From Macrostomum lignano (Eukaryota): 64,000 bases of DNA. Shown one piece after another: positions 22,852-34,769 of the stretch. How positions within the stretch are numbered: position 1 is the stretch's first letter; every line of letters starts with the position of its first letter. Position numbers and translations under genes: made by a program. The stretch lies in contig NIVC01003439.1 of the NCBI GenBank assembly GCA_002269645.1, positions 1 to 64,000 of the forward strand. Direction: 5' to 3'. Below the pieces are notes generated by a model, which was not told the DNA's origin, searched no databases, and saw nothing but the letters and a program-made list of their open reading frames with translations.

Positions 22852-25800
22852 AGTCTCCCAGGGGCGAGGAACCGGTGTTGCTCACTAACTCTGTAAATAA
22901 ATCCAAGTGCGTCTCTGGTGATGGGAATTCAAAGAGCAACCTGGTTCATGAGGCGTGTTCGTCGGTATCAACGGAGCCTCTGACAGTTTTTATTTCCGGT
23001 GCGGTTTCCGGCAAGCCAGTGGCTCTGCTGTTAGACAGTGGTGCGAGTGTGTCCGTGCTGAGCTGTGATGTTTTCCTGAGGCTGCCGCAAGAGGTGAGGG
23101 AGAGACTGACTGCAATGGACGGTTCCCTTTCAACGGCCAATGGAGGTGCGATGAGGATGAGAGGCTGCATTGTGCTGGACGTGGAGATTGGCGGCGAGCG
23201 GTGGTCAGCGAATTTCTTCGTAGTGGACGGATTACGTTATGATGTCATTCTCGGGTCCGAATTTTTCAAACAGCATCGTTGCGTCATCAACTATTCAGAG
23301 TTTGTCTTTCGAGTGGGCGATGTTAGAGTTCCGATACGGCAGAAAGGCGAGCTGCCCGTGGTGTGTCGAATCAAAGCCGAGACAACGGTATTTCTGGAAC
23401 CGGCGCAAGAAGTGGTCATGCCAGCCAGGGTAGAGAAAAAGGGCGCAAGAAACTGCGGATCGGTCGGCATAACGGAAGAAAAGCCGGTGAAGGCCGCTGA
23501 GAAGGATTTGGCGCTGGCTCGAGCTCTGGTAGCGCCCGGCGTGGATGGACGGCTGCCGATGAGATTGCTGAATACGTCCAGTTGTAGGAAGAGGGTCAAG
23601 AAAGGAGAGACGATTGGCTGGTTTATTCCTTTGGAACCGAACGGAGGTATCAACGTGGTGCGCTTGGACGACGACGTAGAGGCCAAGAATGAAGCGGAGG
23701 CATGGGACCCGATCGAAGAATTCCGCGAGTGGGGTTCATGTGGCCTGTCGGAGGAGGAGGAAGCCGACTTCAGGGAGCTGATTTCCCAACATCGGGCTGT
23801 CTTTGCTAAGGACTCCAAGGATCTCGGCTGTACGACGGTGATGAAGCACGAGATCGACACTGGAGATGCCAGGCCTGTGAAAGAAGCGGCGAGGCGGATT
23901 CCCCTGTACCTGCGGCAGGAAGTGGACAAGGAGTTGGATGACTTGCTGGAAGCTGGGAGAATCAGCGAGGTCCAGTCCCCATGGTGCTCTCCAGTGGTGT
24001 GCGTGAAAAAGAAGGACGGTTCACTGAGGTTCTGTTGTGACTACCGGAAACTGAATGAAGTGACCAAGAAGGATGCAGTGCCGTTGCCCAGGACAGATGA
24101 CCTGTTGGAGAGCCTAGGCGGTGCCAAGATTTTTTCGACCATGGACATGCAGTCGGGATACTGGCAGATGGCGGTGGAACCCAGCGACAGACTGAAGACG
24201 GCCTTTGGCGTTTCACACCGGGTACAGCAGTACGCCTGGAACGTTATGCCATTTGGATTGACAAATGCACCGGCTTCATTCAGCCGGCTAATGAATGTGG
24301 TGTTGGGGAAGTTGTGCTGGAAGACGTGTTTGGTGTATCTGGACGACCTGCTAGTGTGGTCACGAACGGTGGAAGAGCACCTGGAACGGTTGCAAACGGT
24401 TTTTCGACGGTTGCGAGCAGCGAACATCAAACTGAAGCCGAAGAAGTGCGCATTCCTGCTGAAGTCAGTGACCTTCCTGGGACACGTAGTGTCAGCTGAT
24501 GGGATCGCCACGAGTCCAGAAAAGATTGCCGAAATTCGTGACTGGCCAACTCCGAAGAATGTGAAGGAAGTAAGGTCATTCCTGGGACTGTGCGGGTATT
24601 ACCGGCAATTCATCGCAGATTTTTCCCGCATTGCTGAGCCGATGCTGCGACGGACCCGACATGATTGCCCGTGGAGCTGGGATGAGGAGTGTCAAGCCGC
24701 ATTCGAGGCCCTGAAGGAAAGGTTGCAGGGATCTGAGGTCATGGCGTTTCCAAACTTTGCGGAGGACGCTGGAGAATTCGTTTTAGACACAGACGGTAGC
24801 ACAAAAGAAGGAATTGGCGCTGTGCTTTCGCAGGTGCAGAAAGATGGGAGTGAGAAGGTAATAGCTTACGGAAGCAGGACGTTGTCGCGAGAAGAACGGA
24901 ATTACTGCACGACACGAGTCGAGTTGCTGGCCGTGGTGTTTTTCGTACAGAAGTTTCGTTATTACCTGATGGGGCGAGAGTTTCTAGTGCGCACCGATCA
25001 CAGCAGCTTGAAGTGGCTGCATTCGCTGCGGGACGTAGAAGGACAACTGGCCAGATGGCTGGAACTCTTGGCTCCGTACAGGTATCGCATCGAACATCGT
25101 CCGGGAGTGAAACATCAACACGCGGACGCTCTCTCCAGGAAGCCACGTCGGCGCCATCAAGGAAGCGAGAGTTGTCCTGGATGTGCACAAGAGCAGATCG
25201 GCGTGAACGCGTTGGGATTGCAGAAGTGGACCTCGGAGGAGATCAGAGAGAGCCAGAAGATCGACAGCGACATTCGTCAGGCGATGGAGCTGCTGGCTCA
25301 CGGCGACGGAGAGATAACCGAAGAGCATTTGCGGCGCATATCACCGACGGCAAGGAGGATTGTCGAAAGACGTCGTGACCTTGAGGTGTCGGACAGTGAG
25401 GTGTTGCTGTGTCATACGGCCAGTAGACGTCAGCCGCAAGTGGTGTTGCCACGGAATATGCTGAGAGCGGTGCTGGAAGAAGCTCATGGTGGACGGAGTG
25501 GAGGGCACGTTGGGATTTTCAAGACCAAGGAGAAGGTGCGGCAATCGTTTTGGAGGCCGGGACTTGGCCGCGAGGTCGAAGAGCACGTAAAAGCCTGTTT
25601 GGACTGCACCAAGGCCAAAGCTGGCAAGAAACCAATTGCACCGATGGAGCCGATTCCGAGTTCAAGCCCATTCGATATCGTGATGACGGACGTCATCGGG
25701 CCGCTGCCACGGAGCAAGAAAGGAAACTTCTACATCCTCACGGTGCAAGATGCGTTCTCAAAGTGGCCTGACGCTTATGCCATCCGGAACCAGAAGGCGG

Positions 25801-26994
25801 CAACGATCGCAAGGGTGCTATTCGAACGCTGGATTGCAAATCACGGGTGCCCCCGGGTACTTCACTCAGACCAAGGAAGGAACTTTGAGTCGGGGATCAT
25901 CAGGAAGCTGTGCGAGCTGTTGGGTGTGAAGAAGACCAGGACGAGCGCCTACCACCCGAGTGGCAACGGACAGGTGGAACGATTTAATGGGTTCCTGAAG
26001 AACAGTTTGCGCTCGTATCTGGTACAGAAGGGTCAGAACGCCTGGGAGGAGTACCTGCCAAGTGCATTGATGGCTTATCGATCGACGGTCCAGGCGTCCA
26101 CCGGTTACACGCCCTACTACATGCTGCATGGTCAGGAGATGCCACTGGGATTCGAACCAGAGGACCTTAGGCGAAAGACGGACAGCTGTCCCTTGTTTGT
26201 GCAAGAGATCAAGCAGAACCTGCTTCATGCCCATGAACGCATTCGAGAAGGACGCGAGACGGTTCAGCGACGGCAGAAAATGAATTACGATCGGAAGGTG
26301 AAGGGCAAAGCGATTCAGAAGGGCGACTCTGTCTTGCTTGTACTATCCGTGCTTGGAGATGGGAGAGAAAAGCAAGTTTCATATCAACTGGCGCGGCCCA
26401 GTGAAGGTCCTGGAGAAGCTGTCAGATGCGTTGTACCGAGTGCAGGATCCGACACAGCCGCAGAAGACCAAGGTGGTGCACTTCAACAATCTCCGGCCGG
26501 TTCAGGGCCAGACGGAGGCGGCAGACGATCAAGAGACAGGAGAGGAAATTGGGAGGGCCAGTTCGGGAAAAACCAGGCCGCGACGTGGTAATTCCGCTGC
26601 TGGACGAAGCCGAAGGCAGAGAGTGCAACGGGGCGAGACCCAGAGGTGGACCGCAGCGCGAGGGCCGCAGGACCAGGAATCCGAGCAGGAAGATGAAGAG
26701 TTTGAAGATCTTCAGCTGCGGTTTCAAGATCCAAGAGATCACGCTCCACCGGACACCCGAAATCTGGCCGAAGACTGTGAGCCCGGACCTGAGCGTCGAG
26801 AAGCAGACGATGACGAAGAAGAGCACGACGATGAGGCGCGGTACGACGAGGAGCAGGACGAAGAGGATGAGGCAGAGCCGAACGACGCCAACGTACCCGA
26901 GCAGGAAGTGAGGACGGCACAGGAGGAAGCAGGGCGACCAAGACGTCTGCGGCGACCGCCAGATCGGTTTGGGGTCCCGGTGTACCACTACTGA
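22785..26994 (+). CDS. pol: Pol: protease, RT, RNase H, integrase; one frameshift near 26338 separates the integrase C-terminal tail (26338-26994)
   Basis: LLDSGAS, YLDD, RNase H DTDGS, HHCC zinc finger, D-D-E core (HSDQGRNFES, NGQVERFN), tail WRGPVKV...RPRRLRRPPDRFG. No chromodomain fused to the integrase. Confidence 0.95.
22797..22839 (+). promoter_or_regulatory. -1 programmed ribosomal frameshift signal (gag-pol)
   Basis: G GGA AAC heptamer in the gag frame (22797-22803), 6-nt spacer, then hairpin AGGG-GA-CCGAC-loop-GTCGG-GA-CCCT. Pol lies in the -1 frame. Confidence 0.75.
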
Positions 26995-27093
26995 AGAAGG
27001 GTCCGGTGTACGGCGCTTGGATAGCCAAGGGGGAAGGGAGGTACATGTCGTGCGTGTCTCATTGCTCATCGGAGTTAGGCCGGACTGTTACAG

Positions 27094-28080
27094 ATGGCGG
27101 ACCTCTACGAGTGTCTTGGAGTGCAGCTGTGGGCGTCTGCGGCACAGATTCGGAAAGCGTTCTACGGTCGAGCACGCGAACTGCACCCTGACAAGAGCGC
27201 AACAGAGGAGACGCGGAAGAGATTCCAGGAGTGCGAAGAGGCGTACCGAATACTGTCGTGTCCGTTCCTTAGAAAGCTGTACGATATCTTTGGAAATGCT
27301 GTTCGTGACCGGGATGAAATGCTTCGGCTCGCAGAAGGGATGTTAGAGGATGAAGACATGCCCGACGATCTCCGAGAAGAGATAGAAAGACTACAAGAGA
27401 GCGACCGATTAGCTGAGGAGGCGTACGAGAGAGAACAGGCGAGGAGGGATGAGGAGCACGTCAAGATGGAGGCAAGTGAGGAGGCCTCAGACGATGAGCA
27501 GGACGAAGAGATGAACGAGGCGAGTGAGACACTGCCGGAGGAGTACGAGGTCGAGAAGGTCTTAGGAGTACGAGTCACGGAGCGAGGAGCGGAGTATCTG
27601 CTGCAGTGGGCCGGTGTAGAGGAGCTTGAGACGTCATGGGAAGCGGAGGAAGATTGTGCCGGATGTAGAAACCTGATTGAAGAATACCTGCAGAGAGCGT
27701 ACCGGCTTCAGACCAGACCGTGCCGACCAGTGACCGTCGCGGAACTGGAGAACGTAGGACCCAGTCGGAAGAAACTGCACCAGGCAATGCGAAAGGGCGA
27801 CCCGTGGGGCATCTTTGAGGTGCTGCTAGCCCTGAAGGGGAAGTGCGCCACTGCCTCGGTGGATTTCAAGGAATTCGGTCCGGAGTTGATGCTGCAGATC
27901 CTGGGCTACTTGGAGCGAGACGGTCGCAAGTATCCGGGGCACGGAGTTCGTCGGTGGAGTCGCCAAGCGTGTCAAGCTGTCTACATGTCGGTGATGGTGG
28001 TGTTCCCGCTGTTTGACCTGCGACGCCAGGGTTTGGTCCTGGGTGCCCTCCGTAGGCTGTGGGATTCGTGCTCTGACTGA
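27094..28080 (+). CDS. ORF3 (328 aa): DnaJ/Hsp40 J-domain, acidic coiled linker, HP1-like chromodomain, unassigned C-terminal helical domain
   Basis: J-domain DLYECLGV...IRKAFYGRARELHPDK...FQECEEAYRILS...RKLYD (27100-27294; HPD 27184-27192). Chromodomain EEYEVEKVLGVR...EYLLQWAG...TSWEAEEDCAGCRNLIEEY (27538-27696). Uninterrupted ORF upstream of the PPT. Confidence 0.92.
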   Translation: MADLYECLGVQLWASAAQIRKAFYGRARELHPDKSATEETRKRFQECEEAYRILSCPFLRKLYDIFGNAVRDRDEMLRLAEGMLEDEDMPDDLREEIERLQESDRLAEEAYEREQARRDEEHVKMEASEEASDDEQDEEMNEASETLPEEYEVEKVLGVRVTERGAEYLLQWAGVEELETSWEAEEDCAGCRNLIEEYLQRAYRLQTRPCRPVTVAELENVGPSRKKLHQAMRKGDPWGIFEVLLALKGKCATASVDFKEFGPELMLQILGYLERDGRKYPGHGVRRWSRQACQAVYMSVMVVFPLFDLRRQGLVLGALRRLWDSCSD

Positions 28081-28484
28081 GGCTATGTCTTCCTAGGGAC
28101 TTTGGGGCTAGGGACTTTGCAGTGCAGACCCAGGGACAGCGGAGCGGAGGTGGACCGGCCTTAACGGGTGCTGACGGAGCGACACGGCTGTGCAGCAACC
28201 GCAGGACTCGACGACCAGCGCAGAGCGACCAGAGCAACCGGCGACAGTAGCGACAGGGAGACGAGGCACCAGAGCGACGGCCGTACTCGGCGGGATGCAG
28301 GGAAGCAGTGCTAGTATTACTTGTGAGGGTAAATGTTTGACGGTTTCATTTTTTTGTTTTTTGTTCGAACTAGTTGCCATGCGAGTCCAAAATATTTTTC
28401 AAATGCGGTTTGTTCCTCTGTTCAATTTTTTTGTTATAGTAGCATCATTTCAATATTCGACTTTTCGAACTCGAACTTTTGTCT

Positions 28485-28496
28485 AGGGGGAGGGAG
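28485..28496 (+). promoter_or_regulatory. Polypurine tract
   Basis: AGGGGGAGGGAG directly before the 3' LTR. Confidence 0.9.
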
Positions 28497-29330
28497 TGTC
28501 ATGAATGTGTTATGACAATGTGCTCTTTGCTTAGTTGCTGCACCGGGCCAGTGGGCCGTCCTCTCCCCCTCCCCCCTCCTTAGATATTTTCTGACTCACT
28601 CACCTGCACTTCTGCGCGTGCGTACCCCTCCCCTCCCTGCCTAGACCTTTTCTGTTGAGTCAACCCCCCATGCTCTGCGTGCGACCCCCCCCCTGTGCGA
28701 CCCCGCCCCATTATTTTGTTAGCTTTGCTGCCCCGCCCCTGTTTGTGATTGGCTGCCAGTCCCAGTCTGCCGTGCTGCGCCCCGGCGATTGGCTGGTACA
28801 GCTCATGCGTTGCCTTGGCTGATGTCTAAGCCCCCTTTTCTGCCTTTATCCCGCGCCCTCGACCCCCAGTTTGCTGCCTATTTATTCGGCCCCCTTGAGA
28901 CCCCATTCTCGTCGTCTTCGTGGCTCCTCGGCGATTGTGCCAGCGTTGGTTGCTGAATTGCTATTCCTCGCAGAATTGCTAGACAAATATATAAGTAAAG
29001 AATATCGAGATCACCACTGCTCTGACGGCGCTGTTTCTTGTACGACTGAAATCGCGGCTGGTAAGCCTTCCAATTTGTACGTCATTTGGGTCTGCATCTG
29101 TACTAGGCACCTTAGAGGGATTAAGTGCGTCGTACGCCGGTCCCACCCCAAGCAGCTCTGCGTCGTACGCGAGTCTGTAGGCTGTCGTGCGTCGTACGCT
29201 CGAGCAGCCTAGTCCCGACGGACACCGCGTCGTACGCGTGTCAGTGGAGGACCGCAGCCAGGGTCAGTACACGAACCCGGGTCTGGGAAAGGGGCACGAA
29301 AGGACCGAGCCCTTGAGCCCCATCATCACA
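28497..29330 (+). repeat. 3' LTR
   Basis: By eye it matches the 5' LTR except for a C-run (11 vs 9 C). Confidence 0.96.
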
Positions 29331-30245
29331 ACAGTGCTATTTAGAGTTGAAGTGACTGATTCACAATTCACAGTGCTATTTAGAGTTGAAGTGACTGATT
29401 CACAATTCACAGTGCTATTTAGAGTTGAAGTGACTGATTCACAATTCACAGTGCTATTTAGAGTTGAAGTGACTGATTCACAATTCACAGTGCTATTTAG
29501 AGTTGAAGGGACTGATTCACAATTCACAGTGCTATTTAGAGTCTCAGTGACTGATTCACAATTCACAGTGCTATTTAGAGTCTCAGTGACTGATTCACAA
29601 TTCACAGTGCTATTTAGAGTCTCAGGGACTGATTCACAGTTCACAGTGCTATTTAGAGTTGAAGTGACTGATTCACAATTCACAGTGCTATTTAGAGTTG
29701 AAGTGACTGATTCACAATTCACAGTGCTATTTAGAGTTGAAGTGACTGATTCACAATTCACAGGGCTATTTAGAGTTGAAGTGACTCATTCACAATTCAC
29801 AGTGCTATTTAGAGTTGAAGTGACTCATTCACAATTCACAGTGCTATTTAGAGTCTCAAAGACTGATTCACAATTCACAGTGCTATTTAGAGTCTCAGAG
29901 ACTGATTCACAATTCACAGTGCTATTTAGAGTCTCAGAGACTGATTCACAATTCACAGTGCTATTTAGAGTTGAAGTGACTGATTCACAATTCACAGTGC
30001 TATTTAGAGTTGAAGTGACTGATTCACAATTCACAGGGCTATTTAGAGTTGAAGTGACTGATTCACAATTCACAGTGCTATTTAGAGTCGCAGGGACTGA
30101 TTCACAATTCACAGTGCTATTTAGAGTTGAAGTGACTCATTCACAATTCACAGTGCTATTTAGAGTCTCAGGGACTGATTCACAATTCACAGTGCTATTT
30201 AGAGTCTCAGTGACTGATTCACAATTCACAGTGCTATTTAGAGTC
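29331..30245. repeat. 39-bp minisatellite, right part
   Basis: Continuation of the 20505-20827 array. Confidence 0.95.
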
Positions 30246-30989
30246 ACGCAGTAATCAGTGATCTTTGGAGAATTATCAGCAAAAAGGTTAGGATAGGTAA
30301 ACAGGTGTCGATCAACAATCACAAAGCAGGCTAAATAACATGCTCTGATCCCCTGTAGAAGGCGGCGCAGTCGGATGCAGCAGCCTCTTCCCCATTGGGC
30401 GCGCGGGGTGGCGGGACCGGGCGGGGAGCGGGACGAGGGAAGCGGAAGGAACGCAGAGGCGACAGGGGGTTGGGGATATAAAATGAAACAACGGCTTGGG
30501 GGGCAAGGGGCCATGGGGTTGCTGCTGCTTGTGCGGCGGGAATGACACTGAAGAAGCAGAGGAGTGGAGGTGGGCGTGGGGAGGTCGGTGGGGGGGGGGT
30601 GGGGTGGGAGGCCTCCCTCAGCTCTTATAGTGTCGCTGCAATAGCATTGGGAGACTGTAGCCAATAGGATCGAATATTTACTTCATTATATAAATACAAT
30701 ATATTTACTTCCCAGTGGATTTTAATTTACCACACTGATTACTTCGGCGCCAAAATGCTTACTAAAGCGCCATTTTTACGCCACAATCAGGCGCTTAGCC
30801 AGGATTCCCGTCAGGGGAGAGAGCAGAGACACCAATCCATCTCCTTATTATATGACATGCAGAAACGAAAAGCAAAATACAAAAGCAGCAAAAAATTTGT
30901 CCCCTCTCCAAAGGGGGACATGTCCCCGGTGTCCACCCCTTGGCAACGCTCCTGTCCGCAATGCGTACTATAGCCTCACACTCACACTG

Positions 30990-31790
30990 CTTATTATAGC
31001 GCCACAATGCTTACTTTGGCGCCACAATGCTTACTTTGGCGCCACAATGCTTGCTATAGCCCCACACTTACACTGCTTATTATGGCGCCACAATGCTTAC
31101 TTTGGCGCCACAATGCTACTTTGGCGCCACAATGCTACTTTGGCGCCACAATGCTTACTTTGGCGCCACAATGCTTACTTTGGCGCCATAATGCTTGCTA
31201 TAGCCCCACACTCACACTGCTTATTATGGCGCCACAATGCTTACTTTGGCGCCACAATGCTTACTTTGGCGCCACAATGCTTACTTTGGCGCCACAATGC
31301 TTGCTATAGCCCCACACTCACACTGCTTATTATGGCGCCACAATGCTTACTTTGGTGCCACAATGCTTACTTTGGCGCCACAATGCTTGCTATAGCCCCA
31401 TACTCACACTGCTTATTATGGCGCCACGATGCTTAATTTGGTGCAAAATGCTTACCATGGCGTCATTTAGGCGCCACAATGCTTGATTTAGCGCCACAGT
31501 GCTTATTTCAGCGCAACAATGCTTGATTTAGCGCCACAGTGCTTATTTCAGCGCCACAGTGCTTATTTCAGCGCCACAGTGCTTATTTCAGCGCCACAGT
31601 GCTTATTTCAGCGCCACAGTGCTTATTTCAGCGCCACAGTGCTTACTTCAGCGTCACAGTGCTTATTTCAGCGCCACAATGCTTACTTTAGCGCCACAGT
31701 GCTAATTTCAGCGCCACAATGCTTACTTTAGCGCCACAGTGCTTATTTCAGCGCCACAGTGCTTACTTTAGCGCCACAGTGCTTATTTCA
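30990..31790. repeat. 20-bp minisatellites with a GCGCCAC core (TGGCGCCACAATGCTTACTT, then GCGCCACAGTGCTTATTTCA)
   Basis: Direct inspection; one more unit follows the RTE insertion at 33357. Confidence 0.93.
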
Positions 31791-33356
31791 CTGTTGTAAA
31801 ATAACAGTTGTGCTGTTCGCTCGGAAAAGATCAGGCAGGCGGCAAGGCGCTCGGCCCCGACGAAGTCCCGGTCGAAGCGCTGCGGCTCCGTTGTGTGGCC
31901 TCCCAGGTCACAGGCGTCATGAACCGCGTGCTCGCCGGCGCTCCTGCGCCTACCGAGTGGACCGTCGCGCACATCCCGAAGAAGGCAGGGACAACGCGGA
32001 AGGAAGACCACCGCGGGATCTCGCTGATGATCTCGCGAAGCTCTTCAACCGGCTGCTGCTCGATCGTCTGCAGTCGGTGCTGGACCCGTACCTGCAGTAC
32101 GAGCAGAACGGATTCCGGCCGCAATGCGGCACAGTGACACAGATCCTTGCACTCCGCCGTGTCATCGAGGAGGCGCGCATCCGCAAGTCTACGCTGATCA
32201 TTGTCTTCGTTGACTTTCGAAAGGCGTTTGACTCGGTGCTGAGAGCCGCGCTTCCCTTTGTCTTTCGAGCCTACCGGGTACCCCAGCAGCTAATCGACGC
32301 TGTCATGGCGCTGTATTGCGATACTCGAGCTGCTGTGGTGACGGCGGACGGCCTGTCTGACCTGTTCGATACTTCATCAGGAGTTCTGCAGGGCGACACG
32401 CTAGCGCCGTTCCTCTTCGTGCTGCTGCTGGACTGGGTGCTTCGGACCGCACTCCCCACGGCTAATGACGGCTTCCTGCTGCGCAGACGCATCGGTCGCC
32501 GCCACGGCGAAAAGCGCCTAAGCGTGCTTGGCTACGCCGACGACCTCGCCCTCCTGTCCTCGTCTGTTGAAGGCGCCCAGGGCCAGATCGACAGGCTGGT
32601 CGAAGTGGCATCGAGCGTCGGTCTGATCGTCAACACGCTGAAGACCGAGGTGCTGACTGTGCCGGCCGACATCCCAGCGGACCTGACGTGCCGCGGCGCA
32701 GACGGGCAGACGACCAGGCTGCAGGCTCGCACGCTGCCAGCGGTTCACCTACCTCGGCGGTCTGGTGCCCCACGTGGAAGAGGACCTCCGGAGGCGCAGA
32801 GGACTTGCCTGGGTGGCCTTTCGTTCGATCCGAGCCGTCCTCCAGTCCGAAGCGCTGCCCGACCGCCAGAGGGCTCGGCTGTGGCAGGCGGTGGTCAAGA
32901 CCGTCCTGCTGTACAACGCCGAGACGTGGACGCTGACGGCTACGCTAGAGCGGCAGCTGGACTCGGCGCACTCAGAGCTGCTCCGTGCGGCCTTTCGAGC
33001 TGACGAGAGCGTCGGGACCGAGGCCCTGTACGATCGGGCCAAGCTGCAGCGCCCGTCCACCATCCTGCGCCGGCGGCGACTTCAACTGGCGGGTCACGTG
33101 ATCCGGGCCGAGGGCTACTACCCCCAACCTGTTCAGGACGTCCTGCTGCTCACCTTGCAGGGTCCGTTCAGGCGGGGTCAGGCCCGAACCCGTCGATACG
33201 TGGACTGCCTGCTGTGCGACGCTGGGGCGCCCGACACTGCCAACGGAGCGGACTTTATTCGCTCCCAGGCTCTGCGGCGCGCCATCTGACGCGCCCTGCT
33301 CTAACTGTGACTGTGCATGCGGGGCTGCGTATTTTGTTGTTTTGTTGTTGTTGTTG
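31791..33356 (+). mobile_element. 5'-truncated RTE-clade LINE (RT plus C-terminal region, frameshifted, stop at 33289) with (TTG)n tail
   Basis: EQNGFRP...FVDFRKAFDSV...GVLQGDTLAPFLF...YADDLALL; C-terminus LLYNAETWTLT...RRRRLQLAGHVIR...RRGQAR. Flanked by (G)CTTATTTCA direct repeats, a probable TSD inside a minisatellite. Confidence 0.88.
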
Positions 33357-33529
33357 CTTATTTCAGCGCCACAGTGCTTATACTTTAGCCACCAGAATGT
33401 TTACTGTGATATACAATCGCAAAAATAACGAAAATGTAAAACTAACTAATATTTATTGCAAAGACGCGAAGTCTTAGACTGGCTTACTGACTTTTTACTT
33501 ATTTATTATTCTCCTAAGAGTATATAAGA

Positions 33530-34300
33530 CAGCGGAGCCATCTATAAGACATCGGACTCATCTAGAAAAAAGCAGATTCATCTGGATTCATTTACAAGAA
33601 ATTTGATTAATCTATTAACTTGAAGTATAAGACATCTGATTCGTCTATAAGAAATCTGATTCATCTGAAAGACATTTGATTAATCTATAAGACAGTATCC
33701 ATCTATAAAACATTCGATTCATTCAAAAGACACCTGATTCATCTATAAGACATCTGATTCATCTATTAGACATCCGATTTATCTATTAGACATCGAATTC
33801 ATCTATTAGACATTCGATTCATCTATAAGACATCTGATTCATCTATAAGACATCTGCTTCATCTATAAGACATATTGTTCATCGATAAGATATCTGATTC
33901 ATCGATAAGATATCTGATTCATCGATAAGATATCTGATTCATCGATAAGATATCTGATTCATCGATAAGATATCTGATTCATCGATAAGATATCTGATTC
34001 ATCGATAAGATATCTGATTTATCTATTATACATCCGATTTGTCTATTAGACATCCGATTCATCTATAAGACATCTGATTCATCTAAGAGACATCTGATTC
34101 ATCTATAAGAAATATTATTCATCTATAAGACATTTATATTAGAGTCTGAATTAGAAGAGATGTGATTAATCTAAGAGACATCTGAATCATCTGAAAGATA
34201 TCTGATTCATCTATAAGACATCAGATTCATCGATAAGACATATTGTTCATCTATAAGATATCTGATTTATCTATAGGAAATCAGTTACATCTATAAGACG
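33530..34300. repeat. Degenerate 20-bp minisatellite (ATCTATAAGACATCTGATTC)
   Basis: Direct inspection. Confidence 0.9.
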
Positions 34301-34769
34301 GCGCTATAGTCTTTATCCATACAACGTGCAATATAGAATGCTTCATCTTGAACGTTGAGCCTCAAGCAAATAATGCATTTGAACTGTAACTCGCACAGAG
34401 AATGGGCCATATGGGTAACTGTGCGCATACAGAATATATAAAAAAGCAGGGCTTGAGTTCCGTTAAAAGCCCTTGCAATAACCACGACCTATACAGCTAG
34501 CAAAGAATTATAGGAATAGAATATCGAAAATATGGCCCAGTTGTCAGACACAAGATTCGCATGTATTACGAAAAATTCAGTCAGCTATTCGGCTTTAGCA
34601 TATAGCTCGTAGCATTTAGGAGCGATTTTATTTCCGATAAAATACAACTGGCTTGTATAGCGCAGAGTGCATGGCTCATATAGCATGCATAGCCCCCTGC
34701 AAATACATTGTGGTAACGTTGATGACTTATATTATTTTTTGTCGGCTAATACCATGCATCAAGTATAGA

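Larger units (their letters stand above)
20828..29330 (+). mobile_element. Full-length Ty3/Gypsy LTR retrotransposon with an extra ORF3
   Basis: TG...CA LTRs of 836 and 834 bp, 4-bp TSD ACAG (20824-20827, 29331-29334), PBS-like site, PPT, gag, pol (PR-RT-RH-IN order), ORF3. Confidence 0.97.

Noticed and set aside
27538-27696. Idea that the retrotransposon chromodomain was captured from the neighbouring Pc gene
   Set aside because: The sequences differ in type. ORF3 is HP1/SUV39-like (YEVEKVL, WEAEEDCAGC..LI), while the host is Pc-type (YSADRLL, KWKGW, WEPEKNILD). Proximity is probably coincidental.
27094-28080. ORF3 as an envelope protein, or as a T-antigen-like Rb binder
   Set aside because: No signal peptide, furin site or clear transmembrane anchor, and no LxCxE motif.
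20505-30245. 39-bp, 37-bp and 26-bp regular repeats as CRISPR arrays
   Set aside because: Units are directly tandem with no unique spacers, there are no cas genes, and the context is eukaryotic.
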